A stretch of DNA of 64,000 bases from an uncultured Oscillospiraceae bacterium (GCA_964434135.1 CAYSTN010000001.1:10520-74519); one strand, 5' to 3'; numbered from the stretch's first letter, positions 30,727 through 40,416 are shown. Made by a program: numbers and translations. The notes: generated by a model from the sequence alone, not told the origin.

Positions 30727-32214
30727 ATGGACAGATGTTGCGGAGTGCTGCTGCCTGTTTTCAGTCTTCCTTCCTCGTATGGAATTGGAACGCTGGGAAA
30801 GGCGGCCTATGATTGGATAGACTTTTTACATCGAGCCGGTCAACGCTTGTGGCAGGTTTTGCCGATCGGCCCTACAAGCTATGCAGATAGTCCCTATCAG
30901 AGTTTTTCAGCCTTTGCGGGCAATCCATATTTCATTGATCTGGAGATGCTTTGCGAAGAAGGCTTGCTTTGCAAAGAAGACTGCTCCGATTTGGATGTGG
31001 CAGAATATGATACCAAGATCGATTACGCAAAACAGTATCGGCTTCGTTACAGCATTTTGCGAAAAGCCTTCAAGCGCTTTCGTGCAGAGGAGCAATTGCG
31101 GGCATTTTGTGCAGAACATGAGTGGGTACATGACTACGCCTTGTTCATGGCGATCAAAGACGAGCAGCAGGGCGTGCCTTGGACGCAGTGGCCAATACCG
31201 CTGCGGATGCGCGATGAGCGTGCGCTTGAAAAGAAGAGAAAAGAACTACAGGAAAAGGTCGAATACTATATTTTTCTTCAAATGTTGTTCTTTGCGCAAT
31301 GGAAGAAGCTTGCGCGCTATGCCAAAGAACGCGGGGTAAGCATTGTTGGGGACATTCCGATTTATGTTGCCATGGATTCGGCAGACACATGGGCGAATCC
31401 GGGACTGTTCCAGCTCGATGAACAGTGCCAGCCAACAGCAGTCGCCGGATGTCCGCCGGATGCATTTACGGCAGATGGGCAACTGTGGGGGAATCCATTG
31501 TATCGTTGGGATGTGATGGGAGATGACGGGTATCAATGGTGGCTGAACCGGCTGCGCGCCTCTTTGGAATTATTTGACGCGATCCGCATTGACCATTTCA
31601 GGGGCTTTGAACGTTATTATGCGGTTCCCTATGGCGAGGATACAGCCAGAAATGGAACGTGGGTAGACGGTCCCGGGAAAGCGTTCATTGCTGCGATCAA
31701 ACGCGCGTTTCCCACTGGACAGATCATTGCAGAAGACCTCGGATTTTTGACGCAGGAAGTCAAAGAACTGCTATCCTACAGCGGATTCCCGGGAATGAAA
31801 ATCATCCAGTTCGCGTTCGATTCCCGGGAAACGAGCGATTATATTCCGTTCAAGTATCCAAGAAACTGTGTGGTTTATACGGGAACACATGATAATGAGA
31901 CAACGCTGGGGTGGCTCGAGAATGTATCGTCGGAGTCACTGCGATATGCAAAGACCTATCTGATGTGCGAGGGAGCTGATAAAGACAGATGTGTGGATCT
32001 GTTTATTGCGTTGGCGCTGTCTTCTGCTGCAAACTGGGCTGTGATCCCAATGCAGGATTGGCTCCATCTGGGAAATGAGGCACGGATCAACACACCCGCA
32101 ACGATAGGAGAAAACTGGAGGTGGCGGATGAGTCCGGAAGTATGCACGGGAAGACTTGCTGAGAAAATGCGTGAGAAATCTGTCGTTTATGAACGGTTTT
32201 CTGACGAGAAATAG
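30727..32214 (+). CDS. malQ: 4-alpha-glucanotransferase (GH77 amylomaltase)
   Basis: GVLLPVFSLPS, WQVLP, SPYQSFSAFAGN, GQLWGNP, RIDHFRGF, IIAEDLG, YTGTHDN. Confidence 0.95.
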   Translation: MDRCCGVLLPVFSLPSSYGIGTLGKAAYDWIDFLHRAGQRLWQVLPIGPTSYADSPYQSFSAFAGNPYFIDLEMLCEEGLLCKEDCSDLDVAEYDTKIDYAKQYRLRYSILRKAFKRFRAEEQLRAFCAEHEWVHDYALFMAIKDEQQGVPWTQWPIPLRMRDERALEKKRKELQEKVEYYIFLQMLFFAQWKKLARYAKERGVSIVGDIPIYVAMDSADTWANPGLFQLDEQCQPTAVAGCPPDAFTADGQLWGNPLYRWDVMGDDGYQWWLNRLRASLELFDAIRIDHFRGFERYYAVPYGEDTARNGTWVDGPGKAFIAAIKRAFPTGQIIAEDLGFLTQEVKELLSYSGFPGMKIIQFAFDSRETSDYIPFKYPRNCVVYTGTHDNETTLGWLENVSSESLRYAKTYLMCEGADKDRCVDLFIALALSSAANWAVIPMQDWLHLGNEARINTPATIGENWRWRMSPEVCTGRLAEKMREKSVVYERFSDEK

Positions 32215-32273
32215 ATCGAAAGCGCCCGTTCGAAGGGCAAGCATTCTATAGAGAGAAACTGGGAGGTTGAAGC

Positions 32274-33695
32274 ATGGGCTACAGAAATGACGGGGAACGC
32301 GTGGATATGCCACCCAAATATTTTCGCTGGTTACATTTGTCAGATATACACTATAGCAATACACCGGAGAATGAGAAACTGCATGACGAGCTTCGTCATA
32401 AAATTGAGACGGTGGTAAGCAAAAAACACGTTGACTGCATTGTCGTGACGGGCGATTTTTCCTATCAAGGGAAATATGATGAAAAAGTCGATGCCTTTCT
32501 TTCGGATATATACAGTATTTGCAGCAATGCAAGCAACTGGGGATGGGAAACAGGTGAAAGTATGGATCGCCTGTTCACCTGCCCGGGAAACCATGACCTG
32601 AATCGGAACGCCGCAATAGAAGACGCCGATCTCTATCGGCCAGAGATTTTGCCTGAACTTGCGGAAAAGTGTAAAACGGAATTCATGGACTCGTCTGCAT
32701 CCGAGTATGACTTGATGACAACACACGCATTTCGGCCATATAGGATTTTCGTAGAAAAAAGTAAAGCACAGGGACTAAGCAGTGCGTATCCGTATGAATA
32801 CAATATTTTCAAGCTTCCTGGGCAATACACACCAGATCCAGTACGGTTTATTGGTATCAATACGGAATTGCTTGCAGGACAACTCAGAGCAAAAGATGTC
32901 ATCCAGCAGGAACTGGCAGAGCAATACTCTGGGTTCATGGATGCGCACAGGCGCTTCGATTTCCAAAAAGCGCGGGAGATTTATGAACAATACTGCGCGG
33001 GGCAAAAAGAACTGATTGAAGGCAATGTTGCAAAAGACGAAAAACAGCTTTGCTTTATTAGTGAAGAAGCAAGAAAAAGCGCTGAAGAGGAGATCAAAAA
33101 AGTTGAGGGGGCACCGATCGTTATTCTTTTTGGACATCGCTCGATTGAAGCTTTTTCCGAAGAAGCACAACAAAGAGAAGCAAATTTTGCATCGGCGTGC
33201 AATCAATCCCAAATCTATCTTTGCGGGCACAGTCACAAGCCGGGACGATCGAAGATCGTGACAAGATTTTTGAATAATAATTCTATCCAGCACCAAATCT
33301 GTGTGGGTGGATCATTTGCAGATCCGTCCGGGTACAATACGTGCAGTTTTTCCATTGGAACGATCACATGGCGCAATGGACAGCCACCTGAAATGCGAGA
33401 TACGCTGTATATATGGGAAAAACTATTTGACCCGGCATCTGCAGACGGCATCACGGAGAAACCATATCACTGGATTGAATGCCCGGCAGAAGAACCTGTA
33501 AGACTCACAATTCATAGGGATCATGGCAGAAGTCTAGACAGCAAGATTGTGGTAGGGGAAAGAGAGGAGAAGCAGGAAAAGATTCCTGAAAAAAATGATA
33601 TCACAAATAAAGATACGAAACTGCAGAATAATGTAGATATACAGGAAAAAGGAAACGGAATACGGATACTAAGTGTTCCCGAAATAGAATTTTGA
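32274..33695 (+). CDS. Calcineurin-like metallophosphoesterase with helical insertion
   Basis: All five motifs: LHLSDIH, VTGDF, PGNHD, LFGH, LCGHSH; GGGAGG RBS. Confidence 0.88.
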   Translation: MGYRNDGERVDMPPKYFRWLHLSDIHYSNTPENEKLHDELRHKIETVVSKKHVDCIVVTGDFSYQGKYDEKVDAFLSDIYSICSNASNWGWETGESMDRLFTCPGNHDLNRNAAIEDADLYRPEILPELAEKCKTEFMDSSASEYDLMTTHAFRPYRIFVEKSKAQGLSSAYPYEYNIFKLPGQYTPDPVRFIGINTELLAGQLRAKDVIQQELAEQYSGFMDAHRRFDFQKAREIYEQYCAGQKELIEGNVAKDEKQLCFISEEARKSAEEEIKKVEGAPIVILFGHRSIEAFSEEAQQREANFASACNQSQIYLCGHSHKPGRSKIVTRFLNNNSIQHQICVGGSFADPSGYNTCSFSIGTITWRNGQPPEMRDTLYIWEKLFDPASADGITEKPYHWIECPAEEPVRLTIHRDHGRSLDSKIVVGEREEKQEKIPEKNDITNKDTKLQNNVDIQEKGNGIRILSVPEIEF

Positions 33696-33748
33696 TAGAC
33701 ATCGGGTGAGCCAAGGAATTATAAACTACAAGGAAAGGATGAAAGACT

Positions 33749-34888
33749 ATGTCAAAGCCCAACAATAAAAAAACTGAGCAAGAGGCGCAATTCTATGCAA
33801 CCGACGAGGTTAAAACGAACGAAGCAGAGATCGATGCAGCCCAGAAAATGGATAATACGGTGACCGGACGTGGTGCCATTATCTATTCCATATCAGATGC
33901 AAACGACAAGATGAGAGAATGGAACCCCGAAACAGCAGAATCGGAGCGGCTTCCGCGGGATATCGTAGCATCCCTTATAGAAGATGAAAACGACAAAAAG
34001 AGTATTGCAGGGTTGGCGGACGAGTACCATAATCTCTGCTCAGAATATGCAAGGAAAAGGCTGCCCGCACTGGCTCTTAAGGTTGCCATTTTGGGTACAA
34101 AACGGTATCCGCAAAATGTGGATCTTCTTGCAGACGTGATACGATTTGGCGGAGAATCCGTCAAATGGGATGCGTGCAAAAAAGCTTACGAGAGATTACA
34201 GGGTATTCCCAAACAGATGTGGAACTGGAGAGCTTTTACCTTTACAATTGATTATCTGAAAGCGCGGTATTCTACGGAACAAGAAGCGGAAAAGGAGACG
34301 ACGTACAAAGCCGCGCTTGATCTGGCAGAAGCCTATAAACAGTCGAATCTTTGTGACGAACGGGCATGGGTCGCAGATGCAGAATTAAAGATGATTAAAA
34401 ACCAAATTGCGGAAGCAATTGATACGCTTGAAGACGGCATCAAAACAGTTGCGGTTGCGCCACAATGCTGTTTAAAACTTGCCGATATGTATCTGGAACA
34501 GGGCAAATACGAAAAAGTGATACATTATGCGGCAATCGGTGCGACAGCAACGGCGCAGGAACAGCCAAGCACTTCCATCGGCTACCTGTATTATATTTCC
34601 GGTTTGGCCAAAGATGCCCTGATTCACAAAGAAGCGCTTGAAAAGCCGGATGATGCACAGGCTGGGTTCCGCAACCTCGCACGCGTGCAGGACGCCTTAT
34701 CGGATTATGATATCGCGGAAACATTATTCCGCGCAGAGAAGCGAGTGGCTTATCTAGGAACGATCTGGATGCGCGAAACGATCCTGAAAAAGAAAAGCGG
34801 GATAGAGGAACAAACAAATGGTGAAGATAGCAAAATAGAGAAGGCACTGTTAGAGCGCCTGTTGATGCAAAAGCAGGGCAATCATTGA
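33749..34888 (+). CDS. Helical/TPR-like hypothetical protein
   Basis: TPR-like segments (AEAIDTLEDGI; LKLADMYLEQGKYEKVIHY); AGGA RBS; co-oriented with phosphoesterase. Confidence 0.75.
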   Translation: MSKPNNKKTEQEAQFYATDEVKTNEAEIDAAQKMDNTVTGRGAIIYSISDANDKMREWNPETAESERLPRDIVASLIEDENDKKSIAGLADEYHNLCSEYARKRLPALALKVAILGTKRYPQNVDLLADVIRFGGESVKWDACKKAYERLQGIPKQMWNWRAFTFTIDYLKARYSTEQEAEKETTYKAALDLAEAYKQSNLCDERAWVADAELKMIKNQIAEAIDTLEDGIKTVAVAPQCCLKLADMYLEQGKYEKVIHYAAIGATATAQEQPSTSIGYLYYISGLAKDALIHKEALEKPDDAQAGFRNLARVQDALSDYDIAETLFRAEKRVAYLGTIWMRETILKKKSGIEEQTNGEDSKIEKALLERLLMQKQGNH

Positions 34889-34955
34889 CTCGGAATGATG
34901 AGCGGGGAAAACACCTGCTTATCGAAAGCGCATACAAACAAATAATGCTGCATAT

Positions 34956-34999
34956 CCGTTGCGCTCCCTGTGGTTACCGGGAGCGCAACGGTGTTTTCG
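34956..34999. terminator. Hairpin between convergent TPR gene and R-M operon
   Basis: CCGTTGCGCTCCC / GGGAGCGCAACGG followed by TGTTTT. Confidence 0.65.
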
Positions 35000-35176
35000 T
35001 TTGGAAGTGTGAGATGCGGCTCTGAAAAATCATCCGAACCCTGCTGCTCCAGTGGCACTGTCAAGATCGATGCGCAAAAAAGTTCCCACCGGCTAAATGC
35101 GGTCAGCCGGTAATAGGGATATCCTCGAAAACCAGCGCTAGGTATTTCAGATTCATGTACTGATAGACGGAAGAGA

Positions 35177-35770
35177 TCACGCCGGGTTCCAGAACGGTGC
35201 GTATCCTTCTTCGATCTGCTCAATCTTGCCTTTCAAGAATACATTCATGTAGTCCGGATCGAACCAGCGATAATCCCAGGGCAGCCTGCTTTCCTGATAA
35301 TAGATCGGCTTATCAGTCTGACCGTTGCGATCGATCTGCTCCACCAGTTCTATCAATGTTTCACTGGGAAGGTCATCAAGAATACCGCGGCCTGCACCAT
35401 CCAAAATATATGGATACCGCCTGCCCCAGCCGCGCTTCATATCTTCCATTCCGATCAGCTCGATCCAGAAGGTCTGCGTTGTACCATAATCATATTCCAT
35501 CCGAATGCGGTCGCCGATCTTCAGCCCCAGCTGATGCAGTCTGAAATCGGCCATATCGATCAGCGCATACGTTGCATCCTCGTCCGGGATTTCATATTCT
35601 CTGTCGTTATAAAAGAACGCAAACAGATGGTAGGCCAGTGTATCAAATGCCGACAGAATCATATATCCCAGTTGATCCAAGCGGTAATTGGAGGACACTT
35701 CGACCTTGCGCCAGATTCGATCTTCCAGACCGTCGTAAGTAATGTGGAATGTATATACCTTTGCAGCCAT
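35177..35770 (-). CDS. Plasmid pRiA4b ORF-3 (MM3350-like) family protein
   Basis: IWRKVEV..L.QL...I..AF..YHLFAF and MEYDYG..W motifs; ATG overlaps REase stop (TAATG). Confidence 0.8.
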   Translation of the reverse strand: MAAKVYTFHITYDGLEDRIWRKVEVSSNYRLDQLGYMILSAFDTLAYHLFAFFYNDREYEIPDEDATYALIDMADFRLHQLGLKIGDRIRMEYDYGTTQTFWIELIGMEDMKRGWGRRYPYILDGAGRGILDDLPSETLIELVEQIDRNGQTDKPIYYQESRLPWDYRWFDPDYMNVFLKGKIEQIEEGYAPFWNPA

Positions 35771-36624
35771 TACCTTTCGCGCTCCCAAATGATTGTTTGC
35801 TTGCTAATCTGATCGAAAAGGTCACTGCCTAACATTTTCAAAGAAGTTCGTGCAACTTCAAGCATAACCATAATCATATCATTGTCGTTCCAATGACCGC
35901 CTTCGCCCTTGGTATATATTGAAGCAGCCTGCAACATAATTGTTGCACCACCGCATTTCACAAATCGGTTTTTACACAGATTTGTATTGATAGGCATACC
36001 GTAATTCGCAGCGGTCAATCTATCCAGTCTATTCAATGTTCCGTCGTTATAAATTAGAGTGACCACCCTGCCATCAGGTCGTGTAACTGTGACATTTTGC
36101 GTTAGGAAATTGGAACCCTCTAAGAATAGAACATACGGAAAATACTGCTCTGCCAACATAAAGTTCGCAATCTCACTTATATTCTTATATGCTCTTTCGA
36201 TTGCGTTGCCTGCTGCCATGAGGTCGTGGTTGTTCCTTTTACCAACAAGTTTTCCGGCTCGAATGTTTTCAATATCTTTTCCTTGGTGTTTCGCTTCGGA
36301 CACTAACACAACACGCCAATTTCCCTGATCATCCTGCACTTCAATAATGCCGCCGTCCGGTCTAATGCTCGCACTCTCAACAAACAGCGTTTGCCCGAGA
36401 TAAGCATCTACTTTTTGGAGTGCCGCATTGATTTCTTTCTTTGATAAATCCTTTCGGTATCGAAATTTCAACATGGGAAATTCATATTTCAGCTGATTGA
36501 TTACCAAAAAAGAAGTGTTTCCAACTTCCTTGTCGTGAAATTGAGCATCCTTGTGGAAAATTGTAATAGATCCCTGTCCCTCTTTTTGTTGTGCTGTTAA
36601 TCTGCTCGACTGACCCTTTTTCAC
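35770..36624 (-). CDS. EcoRI/RsrI-family type II restriction endonuclease (predicted GAATTC)
   Basis: IRPDGG..SEAKHQG catalytic PD-EXK; DLMAAGNAIER recognition segment; LNRLDRLTAANYGMPIN. Confidence 0.9.
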   Translation of the reverse strand: MKKGQSSRLTAQQKEGQGSITIFHKDAQFHDKEVGNTSFLVINQLKYEFPMLKFRYRKDLSKKEINAALQKVDAYLGQTLFVESASIRPDGGIIEVQDDQGNWRVVLVSEAKHQGKDIENIRAGKLVGKRNNHDLMAAGNAIERAYKNISEIANFMLAEQYFPYVLFLEGSNFLTQNVTVTRPDGRVVTLIYNDGTLNRLDRLTAANYGMPINTNLCKNRFVKCGGATIMLQAASIYTKGEGGHWNDNDMIMVMLEVARTSLKMLGSDLFDQISKQTIIWERER

Positions 36625-36636
36625 TGGTATACCCCC

Positions 36637-37566
36637 TTATTCAACGTTAAAAAAATCGCCTATACTTTCTGATTTTCTGTATTCAGCACATTGTCCCAGG
36701 TTTCTCATAAGTTCAAGGTGTTTGTTGAAAAAGTCTATCGACGCAGGGTCATTGTCACACATAATACAATGTCGCCCCTCTTTTATGCATACTCTGCCAA
36801 CCGTACCACTTCCGGCGAAAAAATCAAGGACGGTGGAACCGGGATAAGAAAGAGCTTTCACAAACCGTTCGATAATGGCAACCGGTTTTTGTGTGGGATG
36901 ACCAACCCGTTCTTTGCTATTTCCGTTCAGTCTGCCGATCTGCCATACATTGGTTGGGTTTTTCCCTTTTCGAGTGTTTTCCGGATTTAACCGCTTGTCC
37001 TTTAAAGCAAGCAGCAAATCTTCTTCCGAATACGGCACTCGAACAGCATCCAAATCAAAATAGTAATCGTTGGTTTTTGCCAACCAAATCGCTTCTTCAT
37101 GACGGTTCGCGAAATACCTGTGGGCAGACATACCATTTTTGTAATACCAGATAATGGTATTGATGAGTTTGAAGTTGGTGTGATGGCGAATATACTGAAT
37201 AATATCAATCAAATCGCCGGATTTTGCGTCCCTAAACTGAATGCCGCCAAAAATAACCATATTTCCGTTTTTAGAAAGCACTCTGTATGCTTCGTCAAGC
37301 CATTTTGCAGCCCATTCAATATAGTTATCATAAATATCCCAACCCGCAAGTTCGAGATTATACGGAGGATCAATGCAAATCAGTTGCACGGACTCGTCTG
37401 GTAAATCTTTGAGAAAATCACAACAGTCCATAATACAATGAAGAACATTGACTTTATCCGGGATTTCAAAGTCCTTTTCGCTTTTCTGTTTCATGCTGTT
37501 GTCTTTACGCATTTTATTCAATGACATGAGGGCATGATTGCTGTGCGATTTATTGTGAATAGCCAT
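36637..37566 (-). CDS. Beta-class N6-adenine DNA methyltransferase, M.RsrI-like
   Basis: DPPY precedes HPTQKP and DFFAGSG; NGMSAHRYFANRHEE and RLNGNSKERVGH recalled from M.RsrI. Confidence 0.9.
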   Translation of the reverse strand: MAIHNKSHSNHALMSLNKMRKDNSMKQKSEKDFEIPDKVNVLHCIMDCCDFLKDLPDESVQLICIDPPYNLELAGWDIYDNYIEWAAKWLDEAYRVLSKNGNMVIFGGIQFRDAKSGDLIDIIQYIRHHTNFKLINTIIWYYKNGMSAHRYFANRHEEAIWLAKTNDYYFDLDAVRVPYSEEDLLLALKDKRLNPENTRKGKNPTNVWQIGRLNGNSKERVGHPTQKPVAIIERFVKALSYPGSTVLDFFAGSGTVGRVCIKEGRHCIMCDNDPASIDFFNKHLELMRNLGQCAEYRKSESIGDFFNVE

Positions 37567-37811
37567 TATTAGGCACCTCTTATGCTGTTTCACTATTGCT
37601 GTTTGTATCATATCACAAACAAACCCAATCTGCAATTATTCCATAAAACATACATAAATCGAATTTGGCTGATGATGAAACGCTTCTTTTTACCATGAAA
37701 TTCATCCGGCTGCAATGAGACGAATGAAAGGATTAAAGCTTTATTGAGAATTTAGCAGGTAAAAAAGAGGCGAATTAAAACCCACAATTCCAGACTATCG
37801 TAGGGTGGATT

Positions 37812-37853
37812 TGGTTGCGGGAGAGGGATTTGAACCTCCGACCTCCGGGTTAT
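37812..37853 (-). repeat. Direct-repeat copy of the 3' half of tRNA-fMet (att-like)
   Basis: 41/42 identity with 38193-38234, including CCA. Confidence 0.9.
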
Positions 37854-37983
37854 CGCTTCGCGCCGGTCGCCGTCGTGAGTCGCGAGCAGTCGCCTGTTCG
37901 GCTCGGCTCGCTCGCACTTTGGGCGACACCGCTAGTAAAAACAGCCCACTGGGCTGTTTTTTCTGCGCTGACCGAACGAGCCC

Positions 37984-38006
37984 GCTCGTCGGCCTCATAA
38001 CCCGGA
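37984..38006 (+). repeat. Inverted copy of tRNA-fMet D-stem/anticodon arm
   Basis: GCTCGTCGGCCTCATAACCCGGA is the reverse complement of 38225-38247 at 22/23. Confidence 0.85.
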
Positions 38007-38192
38007 ATGAAAAAAGCAGCCAGTCGAAACGACTGACCACTGTGAATAGAAAAAACGTAGACCCCAAAAACCAAATCGAAGCCCAGCGAAGCGGGTTCGA
38101 TTTGGAGAGGAGCTGCGACGAAATGAATGAGAAGTGACTTTGATTTTGAAAAAAGAAAAGTCGCTGCGAACGATATGAAGTCCGCAGCGACG

Positions 38193-38269
<77 letters not shown>

Positions 38270-38438
38270 ATAGGATACTCTCAAAGAGCTTTATTATAAT
38301 AGCACAGCTGGGCGGCGCTGTCAAGAGGGCAACGGCGATTTTTTATCGACACGTTCTGCCCATCGCCGCTGCACCCGGCAGGGCAGGGGACAGACGCTGC
38401 GACCTGATGGCAGCGCGAGGATGCAGCCTCGGCACCTG

Positions 38439-39470
38439 TCAGGTCGTTTGCCGGATCACAAGTGACGGCTTGACAACCTTGTGCCAGGGAGCTGCACCGT
38501 CGCGTGCGCTGATGACCTGCATGGCGGCCTGCGAACCAATGGCATATTTTGATTGCCGGATGGTGGTCAGAGCCGGTGTCATATATTTTGCGGATTCGAT
38601 ATCGTCATAACCGACCAGCGCGACCTGTTCCGGAATTTTTGCACCGCAATCATGCGCAGCTGAAATAGCGGCCAGCGCAAGATGATCCATATTCATGCAC
38701 AGGCCGATGCGCCCGGTGCTGTTTTTGATCAGATTGGTCACTGCGCTGTAGCTTTCGTGTGCGCTGCGGATGCCTTCCAACACATGATCCTCAGAAAAGG
38801 GAACGCCAAAATCAGACAGTGCTTTTTTGTATCCGTCTTTTCGCGTCAGGTTCATCACGCCTTCGGCGGAATCCGGGTCGGTGCTGCCAATGATGAGATA
38901 GGGATGCTCAAATCCGCGGCGAAGCAGATGCTCCGTCGCAATATACTCACCGGCAAAGTCATCGTTAACAATGTACTGCACATCGTTCGTTCGCAATATG
39001 GCGTGCATTTTGCTGGCGTAAGGCTCCATATACGGAAAGCGGGACATAAAGACGAGCGGAACGGGGATGTTTTTATAATTATCCAGCCACGACGGAATCG
39101 TAAGAATGCCGGAGACTTTCATGGAGATAAACGATTTGAGCAATTCCTTTTCAATTGCATGGTCGCAGGAGGTGTTGCCGATGATAACATTATAGCCATA
39201 TTCCTTCGCTTTTTCCTCTACACCTTGCAGCACGAGCGCATTGTAGTGGTTGAAATTGTCTGGCATTAAGACACCAATGGCCTTGATGCTGCCGGTGCGA
39301 AGATAGATCGCAAGGTTATTGGGGCAATAGCCCAGCGAATCGGCGATTTTTTCAATTTTTGCGCGCGTTTCCGGGCCAATGTCTTTTTCTCCGCGCAGCG
39401 CTTTCGATACGGCAGCCGTCGAAACGCCAGCCAGCTTAGCAACATCTTTTAACGTAACAGTATTCTTCAA
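38439..39470 (-). CDS. LacI family transcriptional regulator
   Basis: VTLKDVAKLAGVSTAAVSKAL HTH; IPEQVALVGYDD; LTTIRQ. Confidence 0.94.
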   Translation of the reverse strand: MKNTVTLKDVAKLAGVSTAAVSKALRGEKDIGPETRAKIEKIADSLGYCPNNLAIYLRTGSIKAIGVLMPDNFNHYNALVLQGVEEKAKEYGYNVIIGNTSCDHAIEKELLKSFISMKVSGILTIPSWLDNYKNIPVPLVFMSRFPYMEPYASKMHAILRTNDVQYIVNDDFAGEYIATEHLLRRGFEHPYLIIGSTDPDSAEGVMNLTRKDGYKKALSDFGVPFSEDHVLEGIRSAHESYSAVTNLIKNSTGRIGLCMNMDHLALAAISAAHDCGAKIPEQVALVGYDDIESAKYMTPALTTIRQSKYAIGSQAAMQVISARDGAAPWHKVVKPSLVIRQTT

Positions 39471-39648
39471 ATTCGTTTCTCCAATTATTCCAATACGGCT
39501 GATTCATTTATCGCGATTTCTCAAAAATTATAACGAAATTTTTCTTAAAAATCAATCTTTCTGCAAAAGAAATTGTAAAAGCTCCCATCCGGTCTGCTGG
39601 GCGCAGATGGATGGGAGCTTTGTTTATACTGGGCGTGCTTTTACACGA

Positions 39649-40416
39649 TCAGACAGCCGTATATCCGCCGTCGATCACAATGTTCTGCCCGTTTATCATT
39701 TGCGCACCATCACTGGCAAGATACGCAATACAGGCTGCTACCTCATCCATCTCCAGGAAGCGCCCGACGGGGATCTGCGCCAGATGTTTTTCTGCCTTTT
39801 CGCCGACCCAATAGGCCTTGGACATGGGCGTCATCACGACACACGGCGAAACTGCATTGCAGGTGATGCCATATGGACCCCACTCCAGAGCCAGCGTCCG
39901 TGTCACCGAGATCAACCCGGCCTTGCTGGCAGAATAGGCAATGTGATCCTGCAAAGCAACGACACCGGCATCCGAGGCTACATTGATGATGCGGCCGCCG
40001 TGTCCGGATTCCAGCATGGTTCGTCCGACACACTGTGCCACCATAAATGCGGATTTGAGATTCACGTTCAGGACATTCATGAACTCTTCTTCGGAAATAT
40101 CCTCTGCCGGTTTTCCAGAGCCGATTCCCGCGCAGTTGACCAGAATGTCGATCGAGCCGTTTGTCTTGATGATCTGATCGACGGCTGTTTCGATCTGCGC
40201 GGTCTGGGTGATGTCCACCTGAATGCCAAACGCCTTGGGGCCGACCTGTTCGGCAATCTCATGGATCTTCGGATTACGGCCAAAGATGACCACAGTCGCG
40301 CCCTTGTAGGCGAGCATTTTCGCGGTTTCCAGACCGATCCCACTCGTCCCGCCTGTAACGACAGCAACCTTTCCGTCCAGACGCAGGTCATATGCAAATT
40401 TCTTATAGATGCTCAT
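39649..40416 (-). CDS. SDR family sugar/polyol dehydrogenase (GolD/DthD-like)
   Basis: TGGTSGIG, NCAGI, YSASKAG, NAVSPCVVMTPM, IDGGY. Confidence 0.88.
   Translation of the reverse strand: MSIYKKFAYDLRLDGKVAVVTGGTSGIGLETAKMLAYKGATVVIFGRNPKIHEIAEQVGPKAFGIQVDITQTAQIETAVDQIIKTNGSIDILVNCAGIGSGKPAEDISEEEFMNVLNVNLKSAFMVAQCVGRTMLESGHGGRIINVASDAGVVALQDHIAYSASKAGLISVTRTLALEWGPYGITCNAVSPCVVMTPMSKAYWVGEKAEKHLAQIPVGRFLEMDEVAACIAYLASDGAQMINGQNIVIDGGYTAV

Larger units (their letters stand above)
15481..37853. mobile_element. Putative integrase-less accessory island downstream of tRNA-fMet 3' end
   Basis: Visible drop in GC and change of codon style; accessory cargo (CAZymes, R-M); right end at tRNA 3'-half duplicate; left boundary approximate; no mobility gene seen. 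Confidence 0.5.

Noticed and set aside
34882-35223. 113-aa minus-strand ORF between TPR and pRiA4b genes
   Set aside because: Overlaps both neighbours, spans the terminator hairpin, no motif.
15481-37853. Prophage or ICE
   Set aside because: No integrase, relaxase, T4SS or virion genes.
37812-37990. Second, intron-containing tRNA-Met
   Set aside because: No 5' acceptor/D-arm half in the correct orientation; insert too short and lacks recognisable group I core elements.
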